From: a virus
Virus record (IMG/VR): IMGVR_UViG_3300000970_000001
Coordinates: 1 to 64,000 of that record
Direction: 5' to 3' (one strand)
DNA: 64,000 bases
Position 1 is the first letter of the stretch, and the number at the start of each line of letters is the position of its first letter. The notes under the pieces were generated by a model, which worked only from the letters and a program-made list of their open reading frames with translations, was not told where the DNA came from and did no database searches. The position numbers were made by a program, and so were the translations under genes. Of this stretch, positions 1 through 9,985 are shown in pieces.

Positions 1-582
1 CATGGTACGGAATGATCCAGAAGATGATAATGTAATATGAGGTTCTAAGGCTTCACGTATTTTGTCTTCGATATCATCGGGTAGCATAACCAATGTAGGT
101 AATGCTTTGATGAGAGGCTGGTTTTCTACGTAGGGCTTTTTTGTCTTAGGGTGGATCGATGGTGGGAGCACCATTTGTCGGGCATTACAAAGTAGCTCGA
201 CCACCATCTCACCGTCACCATCTTTGATGTTTCGGTTCTTGAGCTTGGGATTACGCTTGTACAGCATAATCATACCCTTTTGACCGATACGTATCCAACT
301 TGTAGGTGGTAACGCATCTTTGATGGCGTTGATAATGACTTCGTCTTCTGAGTCAATATCAACAGCACATAGGTCAGAGGCTTCACCGAGAACCAGACCT
401 ATGTTTCCTTGTGGATTATTTCTAATCCAGTCTTGTTGTGTGCCTTCATCAGGCATACGTTTTGCAAGCACGTTCCAACTATATGGAACAGGCTTTTTGT
501 CGTGATATCTAAGTGGTATTACAGGTAAGTTATTGTCGTAATACTGCTGAGCTTCAACCCCGAATATCTGTGTTTGTGTCAT
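1..582 (-). CDS. primase-polymerase (Prim-Pol) domain protein, N-terminal part; 3' end runs off the left edge
   Basis: Own minus-strand translation from ATG 582-580 is open to position 1; it is absent from the ORF track because no stop lies in the window. Sequence: MTQTQIFGVEAQQYYDNNLPVIPLRYHDKKPVPYSWN...NIGLVLGEASDLCAVDIDSED...VELLCNARQMVLPPSIHP. The DxD metal site and PPSxHP motif are typical of bifunctional primase/polymerase N-terminal domains. Confidence 0.6.
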   Translation of the reverse strand, partial: MTQTQIFGVEAQQYYDNNLPVIPLRYHDKKPVPYSWNVLAKRMPDEGTQQDWIRNNPQGNIGLVLGEASDLCAVDIDSEDEVIINAIKDALPPTSWIRIGQKGMIMLYKRNPKLKNRNIKDGDGEMVVELLCNARQMVLPPSIHPKTKKPYVENQPLIKALPTLVMLPDDIEDKIREALEPHITLSSSGSFRTM

Positions 583-766
583 TAGTTCTATTCTCCCAAA
601 GTGCGTATCCTATTACTGCTGATGAACCTAGGATAAGCGATGCGCCCACGTTACGTCTGGTAACGTCTTCTAAAATGTAATCTATAACTGTTGCAAGGTG
701 TGGGTACAAACTAAGTAGTACCATCGAAATTGCTCCAAAGAATATTAATCTCACAATATGAATCAT
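554..766 (-). CDS. small hydrophobic (membrane) protein, unknown function
   Basis: 70-aa ORF with two hydrophobic stretches (LIFFGAISMVLLSL, ASLILGSSAVIGYAL). Its stop overlaps the start of the Prim-Pol ORF. Confidence 0.45.
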   Translation of the reverse strand: MIHIVRLIFFGAISMVLLSLYPHLATVIDYILEDVTRRNVGASLILGSSAVIGYALWENRTNDTNTDIRG

Positions 767-1227
767 TAGTCAACTGCCTTTTTCAATTTATTCATCACTG
801 CAGTTCTCTGAGTAGGATCGAGTTCGTCTTCCATGATTTGTAATACTGTGTCTTGGAAGACCTGCATTTTCTGAATGTTAATGACACGCTCCCGCATCAC
901 GATTAGTTTCTCAAGTAGAGTAGCACTGAGTTTGAAGTAAGTGTTTTTCTCAGATGCTGTATCTGAGTTTCTCATCTCAGTACCGAATTGTTTTAGGTGA
1001 GCGTACAATGTCATCACCTCTGCCAACATACCATCATCCGTGTCCAACCCTTCAATATCAATATCTTGTATATCAAAGTCAGATGTGCTATCAGCAATCA
1101 TGAAGAGTTTTTTAATGTCTTCTGAGTAAGGACATTGGTCATCCTGTAGGTATGTTGCATCTTCGGACTGAAGCTTTTGTATAAGCTTAAGATTTTTTTC
1201 ATCGATTTCTGGATAAAATCTGTGCAT
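766..1227 (-). CDS. hypothetical acidic protein
   Basis: 153-aa ORF, first gene of the minus-strand block, divergent from the terminase gene. No recognisable motif. Confidence 0.5.
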   Translation of the reverse strand: MHRFYPEIDEKNLKLIQKLQSEDATYLQDDQCPYSEDIKKLFMIADSTSDFDIQDIDIEGLDTDDGMLAEVMTLYAHLKQFGTEMRNSDTASEKNTYFKLSATLLEKLIVMRERVINIQKMQVFQDTVLQIMEDELDPTQRTAVMNKLKKAVD

Positions 1228-1288
1228 AATGTAATTACCTTTAATTAATAGTATATAATTTATAACACTTAAATAAGGTTAATATCAA

Positions 1289-3055
1289 GTGGAAAATTTA
1301 TTTGAAGATTTATCAGTCAAAGCTGAAGATCGGTTCTCTGAAGATTCAATCAACATGCCAATGTCTGACTGGATCACAAAGAACACAACCATCAAAACAA
1401 AACCTTTCAGTTTGAAGGGCTATGAGTTCCAAGAAGCTATCATTGATGATATGCATGAGAATATGAGCGTCATCAAGCCTTCACAGGTGGGTTTGACTGA
1501 GGCACAAATTAGAAAAGCGTTAGCATTCTTGGTGCGTAACAATGGTACAAGTCTAATCTTTACACTACCGACTGAGGATATGTACAAACGTATTTCTAAA
1601 GGTCGTGTTAAACCAATCGTTGATAAAGATAAGGTTTTCAATACAGCTTATGACCGAGCTAACAAAGCTGTTCGATCTGTGGACATGATGCAGTTTGGTC
1701 AATCGTTTCTTTATCTCACACCAGCGATTGAATCAGCTGCTACTTCTATTGCGGCTGATGTGGTGATGAACGATGAGGTTGATTTATCAGATCAGAAAAT
1801 GATTACTTTGTTTAATTCACGTCTTCAAGGTTCTGATATTGCACTCTCTCAAAAGTTTTCCACTCCCACATTTCCTAGCTTTGGTATTGATCTCACTTAT
1901 CAAGCCTCTGACCAGATGGAATACGCTTGTCTTTGCGAATCTTGTGGTCACTATAATTTCCCAGAGTTTAATAAAAAGTTTATTCATCTGGAAGGTATTA
2001 AATCTTTATCTGATGAGATGGCTGAGGATATGGCTAAGATTACTATTCAAGAACAGGATGCTCTAAACCTTGATGAGTCATACGTTAAGTGTGAAAAATG
2101 TCACAGTCCACTAGACCTTGGTAATCCAGAATTGCGACAGTGGGTTCCTAAGTATGAGTCTAGATCAAGTAACGCTAGGGGCTATAAGGTTACTCCTTTC
2201 GTTACACAAAGACTAAATCCAAAATACATTATGAAGAGTTTGTGGAATTACCAAGAGAATGAGTACCTAAGAGGATTTCATAATACTGTACTCGGTCTAC
2301 CTTACTCAGACGGTAACATGCAGATACCGAAAGACCTTATTGAAAAGTGTATGACAAATGTTAAGTACGATCTTCCAGTATCTGAGTATGATCCAGTATG
2401 GATTGGTATTGATATGGGGCAGACCTGCCATATAATCAGAGCTAAAGGCGATAACGTAGAAAACCTCCATATATTTAGTATGGAGGCCGTGCACGTTGAT
2501 AATATTGTGCAAACCGTTAAAGATGATTGTGAAAAGTATAATGTTATTGGAGGTGCAGTTGATAGACACCCATACGAGCCAACATCTCGTGACATCTTCG
2601 CAGCTAGTGGTGGTCGTATACTACCAGTGGAATATAGAGGTCTTAAAGAGTTAAACATTATTTATGATGAGTATGAAGAGGTGGCTTATGGTCAAGTTAA
2701 TAGGACTACTTTCCTAGATAACTTTGCTATCTTAATCAGAAAAGAGAAGATTAAAATATCAGGTTATGGTATAAATAAAAATACCTATATCGAACATATT
2801 CGTGATATGGTGAGGGATGAGACTCCAGAAAGTCCAGCACAATGGGTAAAACTAAAAGGTAATGATCACTTTTTCCATGCTTCAGCGTTTATGGCTATGG
2901 GTCCTAAAATTGCTGAGTTAATAGCTTTAAAGGGTAAGGGTGAGAAAAGAACTATGATAGATTTACAAGTCATCGGCATTCCTGACCAAACTGAAAATAT
3001 TATCGGTATGGGGTCAGGCAAGAAAAGAGTTGTAAGAACTTTTGAAACAGGGTAA
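1289..3055 (+). CDS. terL: terminase large subunit (lambda GpA-type)
   Basis: 588 aa with a GTG start. It has an N-terminal ATPase with a Walker-B-like VVMNDEVD and a paired CxxC zinc module (CESCGHYN...CEKCHSPL). It lies immediately upstream of the portal-sized ORF. Confidence 0.85.
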   Translation: MENLFEDLSVKAEDRFSEDSINMPMSDWITKNTTIKTKPFSLKGYEFQEAIIDDMHENMSVIKPSQVGLTEAQIRKALAFLVRNNGTSLIFTLPTEDMYKRISKGRVKPIVDKDKVFNTAYDRANKAVRSVDMMQFGQSFLYLTPAIESAATSIAADVVMNDEVDLSDQKMITLFNSRLQGSDIALSQKFSTPTFPSFGIDLTYQASDQMEYACLCESCGHYNFPEFNKKFIHLEGIKSLSDEMAEDMAKITIQEQDALNLDESYVKCEKCHSPLDLGNPELRQWVPKYESRSSNARGYKVTPFVTQRLNPKYIMKSLWNYQENEYLRGFHNTVLGLPYSDGNMQIPKDLIEKCMTNVKYDLPVSEYDPVWIGIDMGQTCHIIRAKGDNVENLHIFSMEAVHVDNIVQTVKDDCEKYNVIGGAVDRHPYEPTSRDIFAASGGRILPVEYRGLKELNIIYDEYEEVAYGQVNRTTFLDNFAILIRKEKIKISGYGINKNTYIEHIRDMVRDETPESPAQWVKLKGNDHFFHASAFMAMGPKIAELIALKGKGEKRTMIDLQVIGIPDQTENIIGMGSGKKRVVRTFETG

Positions 3056-3064
3056 GAATATTAG

Positions 3065-4519
3065 ATGGACATTCAAAGCTTAAAAACTATTGTACTACCG
3101 AGACGTAGAGCAAATCCTAAAGGAGCATCAGCTACAAACACTTTTAATCCACAACAGGTGGATCAAGTTTTGTCAGCTCAAGATTACAGAGCACACTTAG
3201 TAGATTTATTTGTAGACAGAGCTTCTCAAGATTCTAGAGAACTGATGACTGATCTATTTAAGTATGATTCAGACATCTCTGCCACAGTTAATGCCTACCT
3301 AACAATTGCTAATACGACTCCTACATTTACAGTATATAACATGGAAGATGAACTAGATCGTGATGGTCTTAAACTTCTTGACCAAGTTATTCGGGCAATG
3401 ACACAGAGACAAGATTATTCTACAGGATTTAAGTTAACTCCTAACCTAGAACAAATATCTGAGTCACTTCGTTACATGATATTACTCCGTGGTGGGTTTG
3501 GAGCAGAACTTGTTTTCGATAAGTTTCTTGTTCCTGCCAGTCTTCGTCATATCGATGTTGCCACTATCGAGTGGTATGAAAGAACACCTGGGGATTATAA
3601 ACCAGAACAAGAGACAGAAAATTCTAGTGATCCAGTATTATTAGATTTACCTAATATATTCTTTAAATTCTATCGTCAAAATCCTACTGAAATTTATGCA
3701 GAGTCTCCTTTTGTTGCTTCAATCAATACTGTGGCAGCGCGTCAACAGGTTATTAATGACCTCTACCGAATTATGCAAAAAACTGGTTATCCAAGGATGG
3801 AACTGGTAGTTGTTGAAGAGGTTCTTCGTAAGAATGCTCCAGCTAATCTTAGCGATAACGAATTAAAAGTATGGATGAATACTCGTCTAACTGAACTGGC
3901 ACAAGGAGTTGCTAATCTTAGACCTGATGCCGCCTATGTTCACTTTGATGCTGTAGAAGCTAAAATTCTAAACGAGGGAGGTCCTGCTAAGTCACTTAAC
4001 GCAACTGATATTATCGAGGTATTAAATGGACAGAACCAAGCCGCTCTTAAGACTATGGCAACAGTTATTGGACGAGGTGAGTCTGGAATTAATACGGCTT
4101 CAGTTGAGGCTAGAGTATTTTCGATGTCAGCTGATAGTATTAATGTACCAGTGGCATCCTTATATGAGGATATGTTTACTCTCGCTTTAAGACTTCAAGG
4201 TTTTGATGGTTATGTTAAGTGTAAATTTGCTCCAGCTGAGCTTAGACCTGACTTAGAACTAGAACCACAACGTATTATGAAACAAACTAGAGGGCTTAAA
4301 GATTTATCTCTTGGATTAATCACAGATGACGAGTATCATATGATGATGTACGGTAGACCGAGGCCTGATGCTTCACCTGAACTTTCAGGAACTAATTTTG
4401 AAACAGCACAAGCCTCTGTTGATGCCGAAGGTATTAGTCCAAATAGCGATCCACTAGGTCGCTCAGTTGCTTCCGAAGGAAGTACAAAACAAGCACGATC
4501 AAATGAGGTTAAGAAATAA
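3065..4519 (+). CDS. portal protein
   Basis: 484-aa ORF directly downstream of terL. Size and position are typical of portals; no motif was verified by hand. Confidence 0.7.
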   Translation: MDIQSLKTIVLPRRRANPKGASATNTFNPQQVDQVLSAQDYRAHLVDLFVDRASQDSRELMTDLFKYDSDISATVNAYLTIANTTPTFTVYNMEDELDRDGLKLLDQVIRAMTQRQDYSTGFKLTPNLEQISESLRYMILLRGGFGAELVFDKFLVPASLRHIDVATIEWYERTPGDYKPEQETENSSDPVLLDLPNIFFKFYRQNPTEIYAESPFVASINTVAARQQVINDLYRIMQKTGYPRMELVVVEEVLRKNAPANLSDNELKVWMNTRLTELAQGVANLRPDAAYVHFDAVEAKILNEGGPAKSLNATDIIEVLNGQNQAALKTMATVIGRGESGINTASVEARVFSMSADSINVPVASLYEDMFTLALRLQGFDGYVKCKFAPAELRPDLELEPQRIMKQTRGLKDLSLGLITDDEYHMMMYGRPRPDASPELSGTNFETAQASVDAEGISPNSDPLGRSVASEGSTKQARSNEVKK

Positions 4520-4782
4520 TGGCACGTTCATATACAGATAAAGATAGCGTAATGGCTCCTTTCCAGATTGGTTTTGACGTTGTAGTACATGCAACCGATC
4601 CACTAGATCATACAACAAGGTCTATTATGGTTAGCGATGATGACGCAACTATTACAGGTTATTTAGAGGGTAACTCTGATACCCCACATACAACTCTACC
4701 TTTAAAAGCGGGTGTCTATCATCCTTTTGCTTTTACTAGAATTACAGCTATCTCTGCAGGTACAGCGAAAGGTTATTGCTAA
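4519..4782 (+). CDS. hypothetical head-module protein
   Basis: 87-aa ORF; its start overlaps the portal stop (ATAATG). Confidence 0.5.
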   Translation: MARSYTDKDSVMAPFQIGFDVVVHATDPLDHTTRSIMVSDDDATITGYLEGNSDTPHTTLPLKAGVYHPFAFTRITAISAGTAKGYC

Positions 4783-6540
4783 ATGATACGCGTAGGACCT
4801 TCTATTGCTGCAGGTGTTAATCTTTTACCATTTATTAACGTGGGTTTTAATCCTACTTTGATAAGTGGTAACAGGCTATGGTTGGATGGTGACGACAGCT
4901 CTACTATTACACATACAAATGGTCGCGTTAGCCAATGGCGTGATAAAAGTGGATTGGCAAATCATGCTAATCAAGGTAATACATCTTTCCAACCTAGAAC
5001 AGGTGTGAGAACTCTTAATGGTAAAAATGTTGTTGTCTCTGACGATGACTCTATTATGGATTGTGGTGATATTGGTGTTGATCCTCAGGATCAAAACCTT
5101 ACTGTAATAGCAGTTTTTGCCAGTGATGATTGGGGGTCATTTGGTACAGTATACTCTTGGGGCGGTTCACAATTAAGAGCTTTACACAATAGTGCTAATA
5201 GGTTGCAGTTTTTAGCAAACGGTAATACTAACATATTGGCTTCTAGTGGCAACGCTACTGGTACTCGACCTTATATATCTACTTTAGCTTTAGATGCTAC
5301 GACTATAGATTTTAGGTATGACGAAACTGCAGATAACAGCACTGGTTCAGTCGCTCTAAATAGTTCGAATAATTTTAATATTTTCTGTAACACTACTTCT
5401 AGTAATACTTTCTCATTAGATGGTTACATGGCTGAGATCATGGTTTATGATCGTAAGTTAACCCTATCTGAAATTCAGCAAATTGAAACATATCTTGCTG
5501 CTAAGTGGCAAATTGCTTCACAAATAGATAATGACTTTGTACTTGTTGGTTCTGGTCAGTCTAATATGGAGTATCACTTCACTCAAGGTGGAGGAACTGC
5601 AGCAGTTGCACTTGAGAATACATTATCAAGTTATTATAGTGGTAATGTAGAATTTATAAATGGGGCTAACTCAGCTTCTTCATTAATTAAATCAAATGCA
5701 GCTACGAACTTTACTGATAGATGGTACTACGATCCAGTCTTGGACGAATTCGGTCCTAGTTACGATAAATTTGTAACAGCAGTTACAGGTAAAAATGTAA
5801 AAGGAATTATATGGGATCAGGGAGAAACTGATGCTAGTGCAATAGGACGTTTTACAGGTACTTATGATCACGCTAAAGCTGTAGAGTACAAAGCAGGTTT
5901 AATAACTTTGTTTGAGAAGTATAGAGAACTATTGGGTAATGTTCCTATCTATATTGTACCTTTAGGTCGCCGTGGAGGTGGTCAGGGTGTAAGCTGGACT
6001 TCCTTAACACTAATGCAATATGAAGTTGCTGCTGAAATGGATAATGTATTTGTTACAGCTCCTAAGCATAACTATACAATTGGTGATGCTCTCCATATTG
6101 AGATTGGGGCAACTCGTGACTCATTAGCAACTTATCAAGCTCATTACGTTGCTAAAACTATGGGTCGCGCAGGAGCGACACCTATAGATGGTCCAACTTT
6201 CCTTGATGCGACATTATCAGGTACAACAATTGATATCGATGTAGGACATATCGGAGCTGCGGTTCTAGATGCTTCTCCTGCTAGTGGAATAGAAGGTTTT
6301 TCTGTATTTGACGGAGATTATCCTGGAAATCTAAATGATGGTGTAGGGGCTTCTGAAATTGCAATTACTGCTGCCACTAGGGTGTCTGACACTGTTCTAA
6401 GACTAACACTTTCTTCAGCACCAGTTTCTGCAACTCCTCATGTGATATATGGTTATGATGCTTTTGATAATGCTGACGTAGCTAACTTACCAAAAGACAC
6501 TTTAGGCTTTGCCTTACCCGTAACTGCAATGGAGCTATAG
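4783..6540 (+). CDS. LamG/concanavalin-like lectin domain fused to a SASA/SGNH-type carbohydrate O-acetylesterase domain
   Basis: The N-terminal part carries GNRLWLDGDDSS...GRVSQWRDKSGLANHANQ and GYMAEIMVYDRKLTLSEIQQIETYLAAKW, the LamG_3 pattern. The middle part carries VGSGQSNMEY and IIWDQGETDA, the GQSNM / W-QGE-D signature of sialate-type O-acetylesterases. Confidence 0.65.
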   Translation: MIRVGPSIAAGVNLLPFINVGFNPTLISGNRLWLDGDDSSTITHTNGRVSQWRDKSGLANHANQGNTSFQPRTGVRTLNGKNVVVSDDDSIMDCGDIGVDPQDQNLTVIAVFASDDWGSFGTVYSWGGSQLRALHNSANRLQFLANGNTNILASSGNATGTRPYISTLALDATTIDFRYDETADNSTGSVALNSSNNFNIFCNTTSSNTFSLDGYMAEIMVYDRKLTLSEIQQIETYLAAKWQIASQIDNDFVLVGSGQSNMEYHFTQGGGTAAVALENTLSSYYSGNVEFINGANSASSLIKSNAATNFTDRWYYDPVLDEFGPSYDKFVTAVTGKNVKGIIWDQGETDASAIGRFTGTYDHAKAVEYKAGLITLFEKYRELLGNVPIYIVPLGRRGGGQGVSWTSLTLMQYEVAAEMDNVFVTAPKHNYTIGDALHIEIGATRDSLATYQAHYVAKTMGRAGATPIDGPTFLDATLSGTTIDIDVGHIGAAVLDASPASGIEGFSVFDGDYPGNLNDGVGASEIAITAATRVSDTVLRLTLSSAPVSATPHVIYGYDAFDNADVANLPKDTLGFALPVTAMEL

Positions 6541-6548
6541 GATATTAA

Positions 6549-7016
6549 ATGACAGTACAAACAATAGCAGATTTAAAAACAGCAATTACTAATAACATCA
6601 CTACTAATGGTAATGGTGATATAACAGGTGCACAGCTAAGATCATTACTTACAGATGTTGTTGACACATTAGAGTCTATGACACCTTCGGCGGCATTGTG
6701 GCAAGATGTTGTTTTCATCAATAGTTCAGACTCTCCCTATGATGTTCAGACGACAGATGCAGGTAAAATTATAGCTGTAGATACATCAGCAGGAAATGTA
6801 GTAGTTAATCTTACTACAGTAAATGCCGCACAAATGATAGTTGGTATTAAGAAAGATACTAGTGACGTTAACACAGTAACTGTAAATAGAAATGGTGATA
6901 ATTTAATATTACCAAACGATACAACATCTAAAGTTATCACTGCAGAAAATGAGACTGTAGTGTTTTTAAGTACTGACGATGTAACCCCAAATAAATGGAA
7001 TACAACGGACTATTAG
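6549..7016 (+). CDS. hypothetical virion-module protein
   Basis: 155-aa ORF with an RBS-like GGATATTAAATG context. No motif recognised. Confidence 0.5.
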   Translation: MTVQTIADLKTAITNNITTNGNGDITGAQLRSLLTDVVDTLESMTPSAALWQDVVFINSSDSPYDVQTTDAGKIIAVDTSAGNVVVNLTTVNAAQMIVGIKKDTSDVNTVTVNRNGDNLILPNDTTSKVITAENETVVFLSTDDVTPNKWNTTDY

Positions 7017-7072
7017 TCTACTGTTTAAATTATTTGTTGATTATAATTTATTTTTAGGTGATTATTAAAAAC

Positions 7073-8293
7073 ATGGCGAAACAATTAGATAAAGATTTAG
7101 ATATTCAAAATGCTATCAAAGCTTCCTTAGGTGATGAGGACATTGATACAAGTAACTTCGCAGTATTTGAAGCTCGTATGTTGTCTACTGAGGCAATTAC
7201 TCAAAACGGTTTTCATGATGGGGCAAGAGTATCTAGATCAACATTAGTTGAGATGGCAGAGTATGTAAACACAGCAGGTACTGTTGTTCCTTTACAAACA
7301 ATGCATAACACTCAAGTATTACCAGTTGGGCGTGTATTTGCTGCCAATGTGCGCGATATGCCAAATGGAGAAACAGAATTAATGGGAATGTTTTACATTC
7401 CACAAGACAATGAAATGAAGACTGGTCTTGTAAAAGATATCGAGTCTGCGTTAATCGAAGAAGTCAGCGTTGGTCTACTGGCTAAAAAAGCTCTTTGTTC
7501 TGAGTGCGAATTCGATTACTTTGGAGAAGAAGCAGACTTTTTTAATATTCTTACCCTTACGTGTGACAATGAACACACTATTGGTAATAATGGTGTTCAC
7601 GTTCGATTAGTCGGAATGGACACATTTGCTGAGTTATCTTTAGTTGGACGTGGTGCAGCTAAAGATGCTAAGATTTTGTCAAGGGCTAAGAACAGTCAAA
7701 GCCTGAGTCAAGAAACTCGTGAGAGACTAGCTGCAAGCGGTGTACCCGCTGAAGCACACTTTCTCAACGCGTCCTTTAAACTGGACAGTTCTAAAAATGA
7801 AAAAACTCTAGAAGGAGAAAACCAAATGTCAGGACTAGAAACTATTCTATCTACAACTAGTCAGAAACTAGGTAAAGTTGAAGCTGAACTGTCTCAGGCA
7901 GCTACTACTATCGAAAGTCTGAATGGTGAAATTACTACACTTAAAGCTTCTGCTGAAGCTGACGCGACTAAAATCGCTGAACTTGAAGCAGCTCAAGGTG
8001 AAGGTGTAACTGAGTTAACAGCGTCAAATGAAGCGTTGACAACTCAACTTAACGAAGCAACAGAATTTGTAATCGGTGATCTTAAGGCTGCTCTTGTAGC
8101 TTCAGGTGAAGAAGAAGACAAACTTCCTGAAGACCTAACAGCAATGTTAAGCTTGGTTAAAGAAAAAGGTCTTAAACTACACCAGCTCTTCGGCGCAGAA
8201 CCTGCTTCTGATCCAGAGAAAACAGACGTGAAAGATAAAGCTGCTCAAAAAGCTTTAGCTGCACGTAAAGCTAACTTCAAAATAAACGATTAA
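7073..8293 (+). CDS. putative prohead protease / scaffolding protein
   Basis: It lies between the portal region and the capsid gene. The C-terminal third is an Ala/Glu/Lys-rich coiled coil (scaffold-like). The track start GTG 7058 was replaced by ATG 7073, which has AGGTGA upstream. Protease chemistry was not verified. Confidence 0.5.
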   Translation: MAKQLDKDLDIQNAIKASLGDEDIDTSNFAVFEARMLSTEAITQNGFHDGARVSRSTLVEMAEYVNTAGTVVPLQTMHNTQVLPVGRVFAANVRDMPNGETELMGMFYIPQDNEMKTGLVKDIESALIEEVSVGLLAKKALCSECEFDYFGEEADFFNILTLTCDNEHTIGNNGVHVRLVGMDTFAELSLVGRGAAKDAKILSRAKNSQSLSQETRERLAASGVPAEAHFLNASFKLDSSKNEKTLEGENQMSGLETILSTTSQKLGKVEAELSQAATTIESLNGEITTLKASAEADATKIAELEAAQGEGVTELTASNEALTTQLNEATEFVIGDLKAALVASGEEEDKLPEDLTAMLSLVKEKGLKLHQLFGAEPASDPEKTDVKDKAAQKALAARKANFKIND

Positions 8294-8304
8294 AGGAGAG
8301 ATAA

Positions 8305-8715
8305 ATGACTCAGATCGGCACAACTTCTCTTAATGGAATTTTCCACGAAGAGTTTCTATATACTTTTGTCCTAGCGGCAGGTATCGATGCAGACGATGAA
8401 GGTAAAGCAGTTGCTTTAGATTCAAGTGCTGCAAACACAGTAAAACTAGCTGCAGACGGTGAGGTTATCCTTGGTCGTTTGGAATTAGTAGAAAATCGCG
8501 TATCAGAAGGCATTTTGATTGGTACTGTATCACTTAAAGGTGGTCTTAAGTTCCCAATTGATGCTGGACTCGCAGCAGGTGACGTTCCTGACGTTGGTGA
8601 GTACCTTTCAGGTGCTACCGAAGTGGGTACAGTCAAAGGCTCTGCAACAGTGTCTAAATGGCAGGTTGTTGAAGTCGCTGCAGATGACTCATACGCAATT
8701 GCAATAGCTATTTAA
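8305..8715 (+). CDS. putative head decoration / DUF2190-like protein
   Basis: 136-aa ORF with a strong RBS (AAGGAGAG) immediately upstream of the major capsid gene. It is Gly/Ala/Val rich, as small capsid accessory proteins are. Confidence 0.45.
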   Translation: MTQIGTTSLNGIFHEEFLYTFVLAAGIDADDEGKAVALDSSAANTVKLAADGEVILGRLELVENRVSEGILIGTVSLKGGLKFPIDAGLAAGDVPDVGEYLSGATEVGTVKGSATVSKWQVVEVAADDSYAIAIAI

Positions 8716-8732
8716 GGAAAGGACTTAATACA

Positions 8733-9911
8733 ATGGCTGATTATGAACCTCTAAGTAAAGTTGGTAATATCAACTTAGACGACTTAGTAGCTAAGCTTAA
8801 ATCTACAAGCGAAACAGAATCTAAAGAAGCGGGTCTTGCACTTATGAAGACTGCTGCATCTTTCGGTATCTCAGTTCGTGACTATTTGATGCTTGCTGCT
8901 GGCTCTGAAACTGCTGACGAAGGTGGACTAAACGGGTACGAACGTGCTTTGTTTGCTCTTGATCTTCCAGTACGCGACAACTTTAAAGATGGCGTTTACT
9001 TACAAGCTGCTTCAGAAACATTCCAAACTCACGCAGGTACTCGTGCGTTGTTCCCAGAAGTGATTGATGACGTACTTCGCTTTGCGACTCGTCAAGATCA
9101 ATTCGAGACAACTGCTCCTATGCTTGCTAACACACGCACAATCTCTGGTGCTGAACTTCTTTCTACTGTTATCGATGATGACAGCAATGAAAACGATAGC
9201 TTCAGCGTATCAGAACTTGGTCGTATCCCTGTTCGCTCTATCCGTACTAGCGAGAAAACAGTGAAAATCTTCAAACACGGTTCTGCTCTTCGTACATCAT
9301 ACGAATTCAGTCGCCGTGCTTCGCTTGATCTTCTTGTTCCTCACGCTAATCGTATCGCTCGTGAACTTGAACTTTCTAAAGTTAAAGCAGCTACAGCTGT
9401 GTTGATTAACGGTGACGGTGCTTATGGTGCTGCTAACGAAGTTGACCAGTCTAGCTTTGATACAATCACTGGTGTTACAGCAACTGCGAATGAAATCTCT
9501 TGGACACACCTTCTTTACTGGTTAGTTCAACGTGCAAAAGCTGGTACTCCAGTTGATACCGTTGTAATGAACTGGGATGGATGGTTCCAGTGGTTGATGC
9601 TATTCGCTAAAAACCAAACACCAGATGGTGATACTCCAGCTGAGAGCTTGAATAAAGCAGGTGTAAGTATGGGTGCAGGTGGAAACATCTTCTCTAACCT
9701 TACTCCAGTTCTTTCAAGTTCAGTACCTGCTGGTAAACTTATTGGTTACACTAAGGGTGACACAATGGAAGAACTTGTTGAAGCAGGTTCTAACATTCAG
9801 GAAACTGAGCGTCAAATCCTTAACCAATCTATCACAATGGTTAAGACAGAGAACACTGGTTACCGTCTTGTTTACGGTGACACTCGTGAAATCTTTGATT
9901 TCGGTAACTAA
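8733..9911 (+). CDS. major capsid protein
   Basis: 392-aa ORF following the protease/scaffold and decoration-like genes. RBS is AAGGAAAGG, and a strong intrinsic terminator follows. Confidence 0.7.
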   Translation: MADYEPLSKVGNINLDDLVAKLKSTSETESKEAGLALMKTAASFGISVRDYLMLAAGSETADEGGLNGYERALFALDLPVRDNFKDGVYLQAASETFQTHAGTRALFPEVIDDVLRFATRQDQFETTAPMLANTRTISGAELLSTVIDDDSNENDSFSVSELGRIPVRSIRTSEKTVKIFKHGSALRTSYEFSRRASLDLLVPHANRIARELELSKVKAATAVLINGDGAYGAANEVDQSSFDTITGVTATANEISWTHLLYWLVQRAKAGTPVDTVVMNWDGWFQWLMLFAKNQTPDGDTPAESLNKAGVSMGAGGNIFSNLTPVLSSSVPAGKLIGYTKGDTMEELVEAGSNIQETERQILNQSITMVKTENTGYRLVYGDTREIFDFGN

Positions 9912-9936
9912 TCTAATTAGTTATCTTAAAATTAAA

Positions 9937-9970
9937 AGCCCATCCATCCACATGGGTGGGCTTTTTTATT
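9937..9970 (+). terminator. intrinsic terminator after the capsid gene
   Basis: 10-bp stem AGCCCAUCCA/UGGGUGGGCU, loop UCCACA, then UUUUUAUU. Confidence 0.8.
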
Positions 9971-9985
9971 AGGAATTTATTAAAC

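Noticed and set aside
1420-2658. Antisense or alternative-frame ORFs inside terL (1420-1641, 1839-2066, 2302-2658, 2306-2569)
   Set aside because: These are shadow ORFs within a well-supported gene, with low-complexity or odd composition. The same reasoning applies to other nested track ORFs. Examples are 8310-8636, 10231-10548, 15793-16095, 16270-16482, 41994-42413, 45218-45622, 57198-57644, 57897-58226 and 61778-62170.
9956-9985. Track start of the 166-aa ORF
   Set aside because: That start lies inside the capsid-gene terminator hairpin, so the downstream ATG 9986 is preferred.
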